A stretch of 64,000 bases of DNA from an uncultured Desulfobacter sp. (GTDB taxonomy: Bacteria; Desulfobacterota; Desulfobacteria; Desulfobacterales; Desulfobacteraceae), in the NCBI GenBank assembly GCA_963665095.1, contig OY762069.1, forward strand, positions 4,544,001-4,608,000. Reading direction: 5' to 3'. Of this stretch, positions 40,293 to 48,385 are shown piece after piece. A model generated the notes under the pieces. The model was not told where the DNA came from, searched no databases, and worked only from the letters and a program-made list of their open reading frames with translations. The stretch's first letter is position 1. Every line of letters begins with the position of its first letter. Position numbers and translations under genes: made by a program.

Positions 40293-41521
40293 AATTTTTA
40301 AATGTTTTCCTCAAACTGTCTCCTTCTCAAAAGATCCTCGTGGGAACCCTGGCCGAAGACAGGCAAAAAATTCGATTCCAATATGACTCGCAGTTTTTAA
40401 AAAATCCTGTGTGGCTCTCTCCGTACAAACTGCCGCCTCAACCTGGGATGTTTGAACATAAAGACAGGGAATTCGGGCCGATTTTCGGTCTGTTTGACAA
40501 TTCTTTGCCTGACGGCTGGGGCCTGTTATTAATGGATAGGTATTTGAGGAAAAAAGGTATTGATGTCGATACCCTCACCGTACTTGACAGATTATCGTTT
40601 TTGGGGGCATCAACTATGGGCGCACTGATTTATGAGCCATCCTCCGGGGAGGATTGTTTTAACCGCCTGATCGATCTTCAGGAGATGTACAGGCACTCAG
40701 TCAAAATCATAGAAAGTGACAGTACTGACATCATCCCCGTACTCATGAAAATGGGTGGCAGCCCCCAGGGTGCAAGGCCCAAAATCCAGGTGGGAGTTAA
40801 AGATGGCAAGCTGATGACCGGTGCTGATGATTTACCGGAAGGCTATGAACACTGGCTGATCAAATTTCCATCTCCAAAGGATTTCAAGGATGCAGGGAAA
40901 GTTGAAAAAGCCTATGCATTAATGGCGGAAGACGCCGGGATCATGATGCCGACAACCCGTTTATTTGAGGTTGAATCCGGTGATTCTTTTTTCGGCATAA
41001 AGCGTTTTGACCGCAATGGCAACCAGCGGTTCCATGTTCACTCGTTGGGGGGATTAATCCACTCCAACTTCAGAATACCTGGATGCGATTACCAGATATT
41101 TTTAAGGGTCATCTCCGATCTAACCCAAAAACAGGAAGATGTGGAAAGGGGATTCCGGCAGATGGTCTTCAACATAATGGGCAATAACCGCGACGACCAT
41201 GTGAAAAATTTTTCCTTTTTAATTGATGCCGATGGAGAGTGGACCCTGTCGCCGGCCTACGACCTGATCTACTCCCCAGGTCCGGGCGGCGAACACTCCA
41301 TGAGCGTTTCAGGAGAAGGCCGGTCACCAGGATTGGACCAGGTCAAAGCACTGGGACTTGAAATTGGCCTTAAGCCCCAAAAAATTCAGGATATTATCGA
41401 TCAATCCGCCGAAGCGGTACGTTACTGGGAGAGTTATGCTGATGAGTTAAATATCTCACAGGAAAGCATGAATAGCATTCGGATAAAGATTAATGAAAAC
41501 TTAAAACGGTTTCAGCTCTGA
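40289..41521 (+). CDS. hipA: HipA family kinase toxin
   Basis: N-terminal SLPDGWG, GGSPQGARPKI, WLIKF, KRFDR, NRDDHVKNFSF, LSPAYDL. Confidence 0.93.
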   Translation: MKFLNVFLKLSPSQKILVGTLAEDRQKIRFQYDSQFLKNPVWLSPYKLPPQPGMFEHKDREFGPIFGLFDNSLPDGWGLLLMDRYLRKKGIDVDTLTVLDRLSFLGASTMGALIYEPSSGEDCFNRLIDLQEMYRHSVKIIESDSTDIIPVLMKMGGSPQGARPKIQVGVKDGKLMTGADDLPEGYEHWLIKFPSPKDFKDAGKVEKAYALMAEDAGIMMPTTRLFEVESGDSFFGIKRFDRNGNQRFHVHSLGGLIHSNFRIPGCDYQIFLRVISDLTQKQEDVERGFRQMVFNIMGNNRDDHVKNFSFLIDADGEWTLSPAYDLIYSPGPGGEHSMSVSGEGRSPGLDQVKALGLEIGLKPQKIQDIIDQSAEAVRYWESYADELNISQESMNSIRIKINENLKRFQL

Positions 41522-41541
41522 TGGATTTAACATAACAACCT

Positions 41542-41937
41542 TTAATAAAATGCCAAGTTAATCACTCTGGCCATACTTAAAAAATCCCTGTCATTGTGCA
41601 GCAGCAACAAGTCCTGTTCCATGGCGATCTGGGCGATCAGGCAGTCAATGGTACTTCTGATTGTGATACCGCTTTTTCTGCAGGCAAAATAGATCCCGGC
41701 AGCCTGGGCATAAGAAGAGACTGCATCCAGAGGCTGATAAAATCTTTGGCATCCCAGATACGTCTCCAGAAGCTCATATTCTTTCTTGTTCCTGGCTCCT
41801 TGCAGGATTTCCTGGTAAATAACGGATGTAATGCCAAACGGGATATCCCGTTCAATGATTTCTTTCAAACGATCCGCAGGCGAATTTGACATCCCTTTAA
41901 AGAAATCAACCAGGACAGAGGTGTCAACAAGTATCAT
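41542..41937 (-). CDS. vapC: VapC PIN-domain toxin
   Basis: MILVDTSV, QEILQG, RSTIDCLIA, LLHNDRDF; ATG overlaps the vapB stop. Confidence 0.93.
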   Translation of the reverse strand: MILVDTSVLVDFFKGMSNSPADRLKEIIERDIPFGITSVIYQEILQGARNKKEYELLETYLGCQRFYQPLDAVSSYAQAAGIYFACRKSGITIRSTIDCLIAQIAMEQDLLLLHNDRDFLSMARVINLAFY

Positions 41938-42134
41938 TGTCCCTGCCGACACGCCTTGTAATCATAATCATCCTGGAATTTTATTTTCCCGGAAAGCTCA
42001 AGAAGATTCCGTCTTTTCCTGGTCTGAACGAACTCCTGCAGCGCCATGGAAATTATCTCCTTTTTAGTCCTCAAGCCGCTTAAGGCCATAGCCTCCTGCA
42101 TAAGCATATCGTCAAGTATAACGTTTGTTCTCAT
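41934..42134 (-). CDS. vapB: VapB antitoxin
   Basis: MRTNVILDDMLMQEAMALSGLRTKKEIISMALQEFV; AAGGAGG RBS. Confidence 0.92.
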   Translation of the reverse strand: MRTNVILDDMLMQEAMALSGLRTKKEIISMALQEFVQTRKRRNLLELSGKIKFQDDYDYKACRQGQ

Positions 42135-42136
42135 TT

Positions 42137-42186
42137 ATACACCTCCTTATACACACAACCATACACATTCGTGTTGATCTTGTCAA
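42137..42186 (-). promoter_or_regulatory. vapBC sigma70 promoter with repeated operator-like hexamers
   Basis: Minus strand TTGACA-17-TATGGT; ATACAC at 42137, 42149 and 42161. Confidence 0.6.
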
Positions 42187-42219
42187 TTCGAGAATGGGAC
42201 TTTTAGCGACCACAAACAA

Positions 42220-42376
42220 ATCATCATCAAGCCGTTGTGACTTGGACAAGGGGAGGACAATTCCAACGGTTCGGCGGGCCGCCAGGGTCGCCAGGCTATT
42301 AGGACAATCAGAAAAAATATGGGTTCCATTGGCTGGTGAGGATTCTTTCGTTGATGCGGGCTTTTCCGCAGCATAA
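42220..42376 (+). pseudogene. Truncated XRE/HigA-like HTH antitoxin remnant
   Basis: CDLDKGRTIPTVRRAARVARLLGQSEKIWV..DSFVDAG resembles the C-terminal half of an XRE HTH; no credible start or N-terminal helices. Confidence 0.5.
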
Positions 42377-42796
42377 CGCCCTTTTAAAACCAAAGTCACC
42401 AGCAACAGCTGGATTCCATCGGCAAAAGCGGTAAGGTTTCTCAGCCCTATTTTAAAATAAGGTTTAATTCTGACAGTGGCGGCCGCCTTTGTAGGAAGAA
42501 CGATATTATTGGCGCTTGAACCTTTATTTGAATTTGTTCGGGTTTAAAATGGATGGGTGCTACAAGAAAGGTGGGTGGTTGAATTTTCAGCATATATTGG
42601 GGATAAGGCAAAGAGGGCTTAAACTCAGTATTTTTACCCTCAAAACAGGCGGCTAAGACAATATACAGACGTGAAATAAAAACAATTATTTATAATTACA
42701 GATAGATAGCTTGGTCTGACCCTACCCAGACACATTGATTCGCCTGGGAGAACAGATAATTGGGTTGGCCGAATATTTACGCTCCACCTGAAAGTA

Positions 42797-42833
42797 AAAC
42801 GGGTTCTGCATACTTTCGTGTGCAGAACCCGTA
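42797..42833. terminator. Strong hairpin
   Basis: ACGGGTTCTGCATAC-TTTC-GTGTGCAGAACCCGT inverted repeat. Confidence 0.5.
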
Positions 42834-42874
42834 CTTTTATAAGGGTAAAAAAGATGTGTTTAATTATAATTACA

Positions 42875-43346
42875 GCAAACATTCTGCCGGAAGGCTGCAT
42901 TTATCCTCGGGAAGAAAGAGCTGTCCGGGATATTTTACGCCGAAGACTTTTGTTTGTGCAGCAAAGAACAACTCAAATTTTGAGTTTACAAAGCATGATA
43001 ACAAGGCAACTTGGCATAAAAATGTCAGGCAATGCGATCAAAAAATTGAAGGAACCTGAGGTTCATCAAATGTTCGATTCAAATCAGGGGTTCATGGCAG
43101 CACTTCAGATCAGGACCATCAAGGACCTGAGTAATTCCATCAAAGAGATTGAACGACAGGCGCTTTCCCAGGTGAAAATGAAAAAAGCCTTTGAAATACT
43201 TAAAACAATACCGGGTGTCGGCAATATTCTGGCACTGACTATCATGCTTGAGGTTGGCGAGATCAAACGGTTTGCCAAGGTAGGATGCTATTCTTCCTAT
43301 TGCCGTTGTGATCCCCTTTGATGAGGTAGGGCTTTTTTGCCGGTAA
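42875..43346 (+). pseudogene. IS110-family transposase, N-terminally truncated and internally deleted
   Basis: ILPEGCIYPREERAVRDILRRR..LKTIPGVGNILALTIMLEVGEIKRF..YSSYCRC, then a jump to PFDEVGLFCR* in another frame. The RuvC/DEDD N-terminus is missing. Confidence 0.85.
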
Positions 43347-43776
43347 ATTAAGGCTGCAGCAGCGAACCATTTCAGGGGTTGGTATGAACCATTAGGTTTG
43401 ATTGGCAACTGCTGCAGCCACACAGTTTTTATATCCTGATTCGCCTGTGCCGTGAGCCTGTACGGGATTGGTTAACAACCATAAGATTTGAAAACAAACA
43501 ATTAGCCACGGTACGGCACTGAAGATTTTCTGGGGTCTGAACGGACCAGGGGCCGTGTACCACGCATTTTGCCTGGTACACATCTGGCTTGAACCTGATG
43601 GGTGACTGGTGCGGATCATTTCCGTGAACCACACGACGAAATAACAGGCGCGGACAGGGAAAAAAGCTGTTGGTTTAAAACCAATTTACAAAATAGTGTG
43701 TGGGTCAAGAAAAAAAGGAGATTTTTTCTTAGGGGAGGTGTTTTTTCTCTTGACCCGGCCTTTAATGGGTGACCCC
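43347..43776 (+). mobile_element. Right non-coding end of an IS110/IS1111-type element (structured RNA region, -35 box, terminus)
   Basis: Follows the transposase stop; multiple stem-loops; TTGACC at 43750 next to the presumed terminus ATGGGTGACCCC. Confidence 0.65.
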
Positions 43777-43814
43777 ATGAACCATGAAAGATGTTGGAAC
43801 TCCGATAATATGAT

Positions 43815-43830
43815 TGTGAAAATTTTTACA
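43815..43830. promoter_or_regulatory. Near-palindromic enhancer candidate upstream of the PEP-CTERM gene (PrsR-type box)
   Basis: TGTGAAAATTTTTACA, ~170 bp upstream of a sigma54 promoter. Confidence 0.5.
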
Positions 43831-44001
43831 CAACTAATAAAAAATTTCCCAATAATTGGAGACTTGTTGTAATGTTTTGTAAAGGTACAGCAAACTGCAA
43901 AATATGATGGCCAAGGACATTGCATCTATAACACACTTAAAATACAAAATATTTTTCATATATTGTATTTTTAACTATTTACGCTGCAGCTTTTATTTCT
44001 T

Positions 44002-44017
44002 TGGCCTCCTTTTTGCA
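44002..44017 (+). promoter_or_regulatory. Sigma54 -24/-12 promoter
   Basis: TGGCCTCCTTTTTGCA, GG-N10-GC, ~60 bp before the PEP-CTERM gene. Confidence 0.7.
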
Positions 44018-44077
44018 TATGTATACATGCAGGCAAAGGGCCTATTTTAAAAGATCTAAATTATCTAAAGAAGGAGA

Positions 44078-44974
44078 ATGATTATGAAATTCTTAAAATT
44101 GTTATTAGTATTAGCGTTTTTATTATTTTCAACAAGTTCAGCTTATGCCGAAAGCTTCGGTGTCAATTTAGACAATGATGCCGATTTGGAAATCTGGACA
44201 AATGGGGATGACAAGTTAATGGAGGGAGGAACCGGTGCCGTTATTTTAACCTCTTCTGATACTTTTTATGAAGTGGCTGTTGGAACTATTAGTGCTTTTT
44301 TGGATAATAATGTTTTTCCTAACAATCAGAGTTCCGATGCATATGCTAACAATGTACTTACGTATGTTCTTGAAGGAACAGGAAACGTAGACATAACGGC
44401 TAGTGAGCATTCTTTTGATTTTACCGATGCAACCATTTCTTTTTATCTTACCCCCACCAGCACCGCCACAGATTCCTACCTCTTGGCAGAGTCGTTAGCT
44501 ACTGGCGACGCAATTGCTACCTTCAGCCTGACGAGCGGTTCCGGGACGCTTCAAACAACACCGGGAGAGACCGATGGCCTTGATATCTTTGCCTTGGACA
44601 ATGCAGATATAGACAATGATGTTTTTTTCTTCATCAATTCAGATGGTACTCTGTCAGATTGGGCTGATCTGAATATCGTCACTAGTCTTTTTATAGAAAT
44701 CTGGATCGATACAAAAAATATGCTTATCACTAATGAAGACGATCAAGATTCATTAGATGAGACTCAAGCTGTTTTTACGGAGTTGTTCACAGCTGTTGCT
44801 ACCGGAGCCCTTGACGGTGCGACTCCCGATTCTACTGTAGACGACAACATGTTTATCGTACGTACTCAAGGTGGAGGAGTGAGTGCCTCAATAGTCCCTG
44901 AGCCGGGAACAATGTTCCTCCTCGGTTTGGGTCTTATCGGTTTTGCGGGCATAGGAAGAAGAAGGGTTAACTAA
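44078..44974 (+). CDS. PEP-CTERM sorting-domain surface protein
   Basis: Signal peptide ending AYA, Asp/Thr/Ser-rich body, C-terminal VPEPGTMFLLGLGLIGFAGIGRRRVN. Confidence 0.95.
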   Translation: MIMKFLKLLLVLAFLLFSTSSAYAESFGVNLDNDADLEIWTNGDDKLMEGGTGAVILTSSDTFYEVAVGTISAFLDNNVFPNNQSSDAYANNVLTYVLEGTGNVDITASEHSFDFTDATISFYLTPTSTATDSYLLAESLATGDAIATFSLTSGSGTLQTTPGETDGLDIFALDNADIDNDVFFFINSDGTLSDWADLNIVTSLFIEIWIDTKNMLITNEDDQDSLDETQAVFTELFTAVATGALDGATPDSTVDDNMFIVRTQGGGVSASIVPEPGTMFLLGLGLIGFAGIGRRRVN

Positions 44975-45013
44975 AAACGACTTCTTAATTACTATCCTCC
45001 CATAAAAATTAAC

Positions 45014-45048
45014 AAAAGCCGGCGGGTTAAAAACCCGCCGGCTTTTTT
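45014..45048 (+). terminator. Rho-independent terminator (probably bidirectional)
   Basis: AAAAGCCGGCGGGTT-AAA-AACCCGCCGGCTTTTTT. Confidence 0.9.
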
Positions 45049-45159
45049 GTTTTAGATTAAAATCTTAGAGTCCATACCGGCCAATGGCTTTTAGATAGAC
45101 GGGCTTTGTCCCGTAACCGGGAGGCCTCATGATCATGAAGCCCCATAGTTATAAGGAAA

Positions 45160-45505
45160 GCCCCGTTAGTTCTAACTGGTTTCTGTCCTGTCTTCTCCTC
45201 ATATCGGTTGCAAGTTACGACCATTACGCTACCTCATTAAGCCTAACTTTACTGATACAATATCCTCGATTGAGCCCAACAAAAATTCAGACCAGTTGAC
45301 TTTTCATTATCCAGTATCCACCTATGAACCCTCACGGCACTATCCCCTTCAGGAAACCGATTGTCTTTGCGACACTGTATTGCAGGAGGGCTTTTAAGAA
45401 CAAAGACATTTCTGTCTGCATAGTTCTCGGAACATCTCGCCAACCTCTCTTGGGAATTTTACATATAGTTTCTTTTGTCTGCATTTTGGTACAAACTACC
45501 ACAGA
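45160..45505 (-). pseudogene. Heavily degraded IS200/IS605 TnpA (Y1 transposase)
   Basis: Frameshifted pieces read by hand: FVPKCRQKKLY / REVGEMFRELCRQK / YSVAKTIGFLKG / SAVRVHR / TGLNF / YCISKV / LNE. The HUH segment appears deleted. Confidence 0.75.
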
Positions 45506-45543
45506 ATCTTTTCAATCCGATCTTAAGAGAGTTTAAGGCCAGA

Positions 45544-47538
45544 CTAAAACCGCCATATAATATCAAAATAAACAAAATCATAGTTCCCAAACCGCCCCAA
45601 CCAGGTATCGGTGTCTCCGAAAAAAAAACCTGCCCCGGCCCGGCATTCCAGATTAGTGACATATGTATATTTCAGATACGGATTATAATAGGCTCCGTTG
45701 TTGTTCAGGTTTCTGGTAAACTCGAAGCAGGCTTTCAGCCAGTCTGAAATTATATCTACACTTAATTTTCCCATTATGGAATAGGTATCCTGCTCAAAGA
45801 ACAGCACGGAAGAGTCGTGGTCGGAGATATGCTTGTGGCCGAACTGAAGGTTCAGGTAGGTGTTACCGGCTGTGGTGTAATCTGCGCCAATGATATAAAA
45901 CAGAGATGGCAACCGTTTGGAGGTCAGGCTGTCTGTCAGAAAAGACTCTTTTTCCCGCCATGCCGCCTCACCACGTACCCCCAGTCCGGAAAGGGTGGTT
46001 TCAAATTCAAAGCCGAAAATATTGGTTCGCTTGTATTCAATCTCGATATCTTCGTTTGTGAAATCCGCCGGGGAAACGCTGCTCAGGGCGACAGACAGCG
46101 AATCAACGGAGAATCCGTCTGTCAGCTTAAGATTTTTAATGGGAAAACTGGATATATACGGCAGGTCTTCATTGGCCCGGTGATAGGTCAGCCCCAAATC
46201 CACAGACGCTATGGTGGCAGCGATCCTTGCGCCCCATTCCTTTTCGTTGGAAGGCTGAGTCTCATGGATGGCCATATTGTTAAAATAGCTTTTCAGGTAA
46301 TCCGGTACACTGGCGTTGGAAATCTCTTTTTTGATATGGCCGAACATGGACCAGTTGGTCTTGTAATAGTCCATGTTCGCTTTTTCAAAAAACGGAATAA
46401 AAACACCTTCCACGCTGAAGTTATCTGTACGAAGGGTGAGGTCTGCCATCCACACCGGCATTTTACGCTCCTCGTAATCAGGGATGACAAATTCTCTTAA
46501 ATCCTCCGGGTTCAGGGTGTCCACAGGGCTCATCTGGTCTGTCTTTCCCCAGCGGATGATCTGTTTACCCAGGGAAAGATCGGCATGGTCCCCGTGGACC
46601 ATCCATTTGGCTTCATAGATCTCCGCATCATAATCATCTGTCCGGTCTTCCTGGCCAAAATAAATATAGTCCGATCTTACTGATAAAAGAATGACATCTT
46701 TATAGGCACCTTCTACTGTTACCTTGTTCCTGAAAGAGGTTCTGTTTTCCACCCCGTCCCGATCCCTGATGGTTAATATGGGCCGGATCTGAATCTTTCC
46801 GCCAACAGAAAAATTTGAGGGTTCTTCATCCTGCTGCGTATCTGCAAAAATATCGTCCGGCATCCCTGTATCCAGCAGCGCTCCCTGGGGCATTGTATCC
46901 TGACTGGCTGAATCCTTATCTTCTGTGTTCTGAAGATCGTTGTCCAGCACCTCAGCTACTTGTACATTCTCACTCTGATCATCAACAGTTCCGGGTTGCG
47001 GGATTTCCTCAGCGGGCGGTGTTGACTGCGATACCCCCCCTTGTTGTTCAGGTGCGTTCGCTTCTAATTCCTTTTTAGAGAGGTTTTCTTGATTTTCCGG
47101 AATAACAGTCTTGGGAGAGCCGGATACAGAGATTTCAATTCCAAAGGCAGGAGAGCCGGACCGGGCAATGGAATAGGAGTAGTTGGAGCCTTCTTGAATT
47201 ACCAGAACCACACGGACTTTTTGTGTTGTATTTTGCCCGGCCCTTATCAAATTGATCAAAGCCCCGTTCGTCTGCCGTTCAAAACGCACTTCCGGAATCA
47301 CGCAATCGTCAATGTCCACGACGATTCTCTCGGGCTGATGGAGGACAAAATGAGAATAGTGAAAGGCTCTGCTAAGCTCAATATTAATCGTTTCGCCGGA
47401 GGCGGTTTCCTGACTTTCAACTTGAACAATCCGGCTCGCAGCCTGAGCTTTTCCAGCAGAGCAGAAAAACAGGCAAACAAAAACGCAAAAGAACAAATTT
47501 AAAGCTGTCCATACGAAATTTACAATAATTGATCGCAT
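45544..47538 (-). CDS. Exported protein: AMIN domain, acidic linker and DUF1302-like outer-membrane barrel
   Basis: PERIVVDI..IRAGQ..VRVVL (AMIN); GKQIIRWGKTD..DTLNP; C-terminal aromatic WRF. Confidence 0.7.
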   Translation of the reverse strand: MRSIIVNFVWTALNLFFCVFVCLFFCSAGKAQAASRIVQVESQETASGETINIELSRAFHYSHFVLHQPERIVVDIDDCVIPEVRFERQTNGALINLIRAGQNTTQKVRVVLVIQEGSNYSYSIARSGSPAFGIEISVSGSPKTVIPENQENLSKKELEANAPEQQGGVSQSTPPAEEIPQPGTVDDQSENVQVAEVLDNDLQNTEDKDSASQDTMPQGALLDTGMPDDIFADTQQDEEPSNFSVGGKIQIRPILTIRDRDGVENRTSFRNKVTVEGAYKDVILLSVRSDYIYFGQEDRTDDYDAEIYEAKWMVHGDHADLSLGKQIIRWGKTDQMSPVDTLNPEDLREFVIPDYEERKMPVWMADLTLRTDNFSVEGVFIPFFEKANMDYYKTNWSMFGHIKKEISNASVPDYLKSYFNNMAIHETQPSNEKEWGARIAATIASVDLGLTYHRANEDLPYISSFPIKNLKLTDGFSVDSLSVALSSVSPADFTNEDIEIEYKRTNIFGFEFETTLSGLGVRGEAAWREKESFLTDSLTSKRLPSLFYIIGADYTTAGNTYLNLQFGHKHISDHDSSVLFFEQDTYSIMGKLSVDIISDWLKACFEFTRNLNNNGAYYNPYLKYTYVTNLECRAGAGFFFGDTDTWLGRFGNYDFVYFDIIWRF

Positions 47539-47602
47539 TGCTTAAATCCCCGGTTAAGATATGTTTGGTTATTATCGGTATGACAGGGGATAAAATTTAG
47601 AA

Positions 47603-48385
47603 CTACAGCGGCGTTTCCAGTTTATTTCTGGAAACATCATCTTTGGTTATACCTTTATTATAGTCTACACTTTCAAGCTTGATATAGGTGGTATGCTTTT
47701 TTTTAAGATCTGACATACTGATCACCATTTCCGTAAAAATACCCTGGACATTTTCAAGCTTCATTACCTTATAGGTCTTAATGTGCGTGCCTTTATCATC
47801 AAAATACTCCGCAACCAGCGGGACATAGGACTCTTTGGTAACATGGGAGATGGTTTTCGAATACTGGGACTCAACACCTGGTTTTGGGGATGATTCCAGG
47901 ATGTAGCACTCTATATCGCCCACCTTTGCAGAGCCTGTGATTTTATATGTGTAATTATCCACAGGGTGCCGCTCCATGTCCTCATAGGTGAAATCCGTAT
48001 TCACAAACCGGCTGGATTTCTGGGAGGCGACGATTCGCCGGGTTCGCCGCAGGGCCGGCAGATATAAGAACTGCTCTGTTTCCCAGCCCGGCTGCTCAAT
48101 GGTTAAAAAACCGGTCCCTTTAATATCTGCCGGGTCTGTGAACTGAAGCAGCTGCTGTTCAAGCCCATTTTCCGTCACACGCAGGGTGACAAGTTTTCTG
48201 GCCTTTTTTTTCCCGGAAGAATTGACCAGAACCATCTGGGCGGAGGATGTCACATCCTGGCCTCTGTCCCGGTCAAAAACCTTCTGGGCCAGCTGCTGCC
48301 CTGTCAGATCAGATGCAGCTGCCGTACATGTAAAAAAAACCGTGAAAGCCGGAATGATTAACCAACGTGCCGTCAATTTCATCAT
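47603..48385 (-). CDS. Outer-membrane lipoprotein-sorting (LolA-like) protein
   Basis: FTDPADIKGTGFL, QFLYLPALRRTRRI, FVNTDFTYEDM. Confidence 0.88.
   Translation of the reverse strand: MMKLTARWLIIPAFTVFFTCTAAASDLTGQQLAQKVFDRDRGQDVTSSAQMVLVNSSGKKKARKLVTLRVTENGLEQQLLQFTDPADIKGTGFLTIEQPGWETEQFLYLPALRRTRRIVASQKSSRFVNTDFTYEDMERHPVDNYTYKITGSAKVGDIECYILESSPKPGVESQYSKTISHVTKESYVPLVAEYFDDKGTHIKTYKVMKLENVQGIFTEMVISMSDLKKKHTTYIKLESVDYNKGITKDDVSRNKLETPL

Noticed and set aside
42818..43321. Functional 167-aa transposase
   Set aside because: Lacks the N-terminal DEDD/RuvC domain and is cut right after SYCRC, before the catalytic serine region.
43352..43520. Repeated unit as a mini-CRISPR
   Set aside because: Only two degenerate copies, embedded in stems, with no cas genes; better explained as IS110 RNA loops.
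47955..47963. Perfect DnaA box TTATCCACA
   Set aside because: Single copy inside a coding region, 10 kb from dnaN, with no cluster or AT-rich unwinding element; not evidence for oriC.
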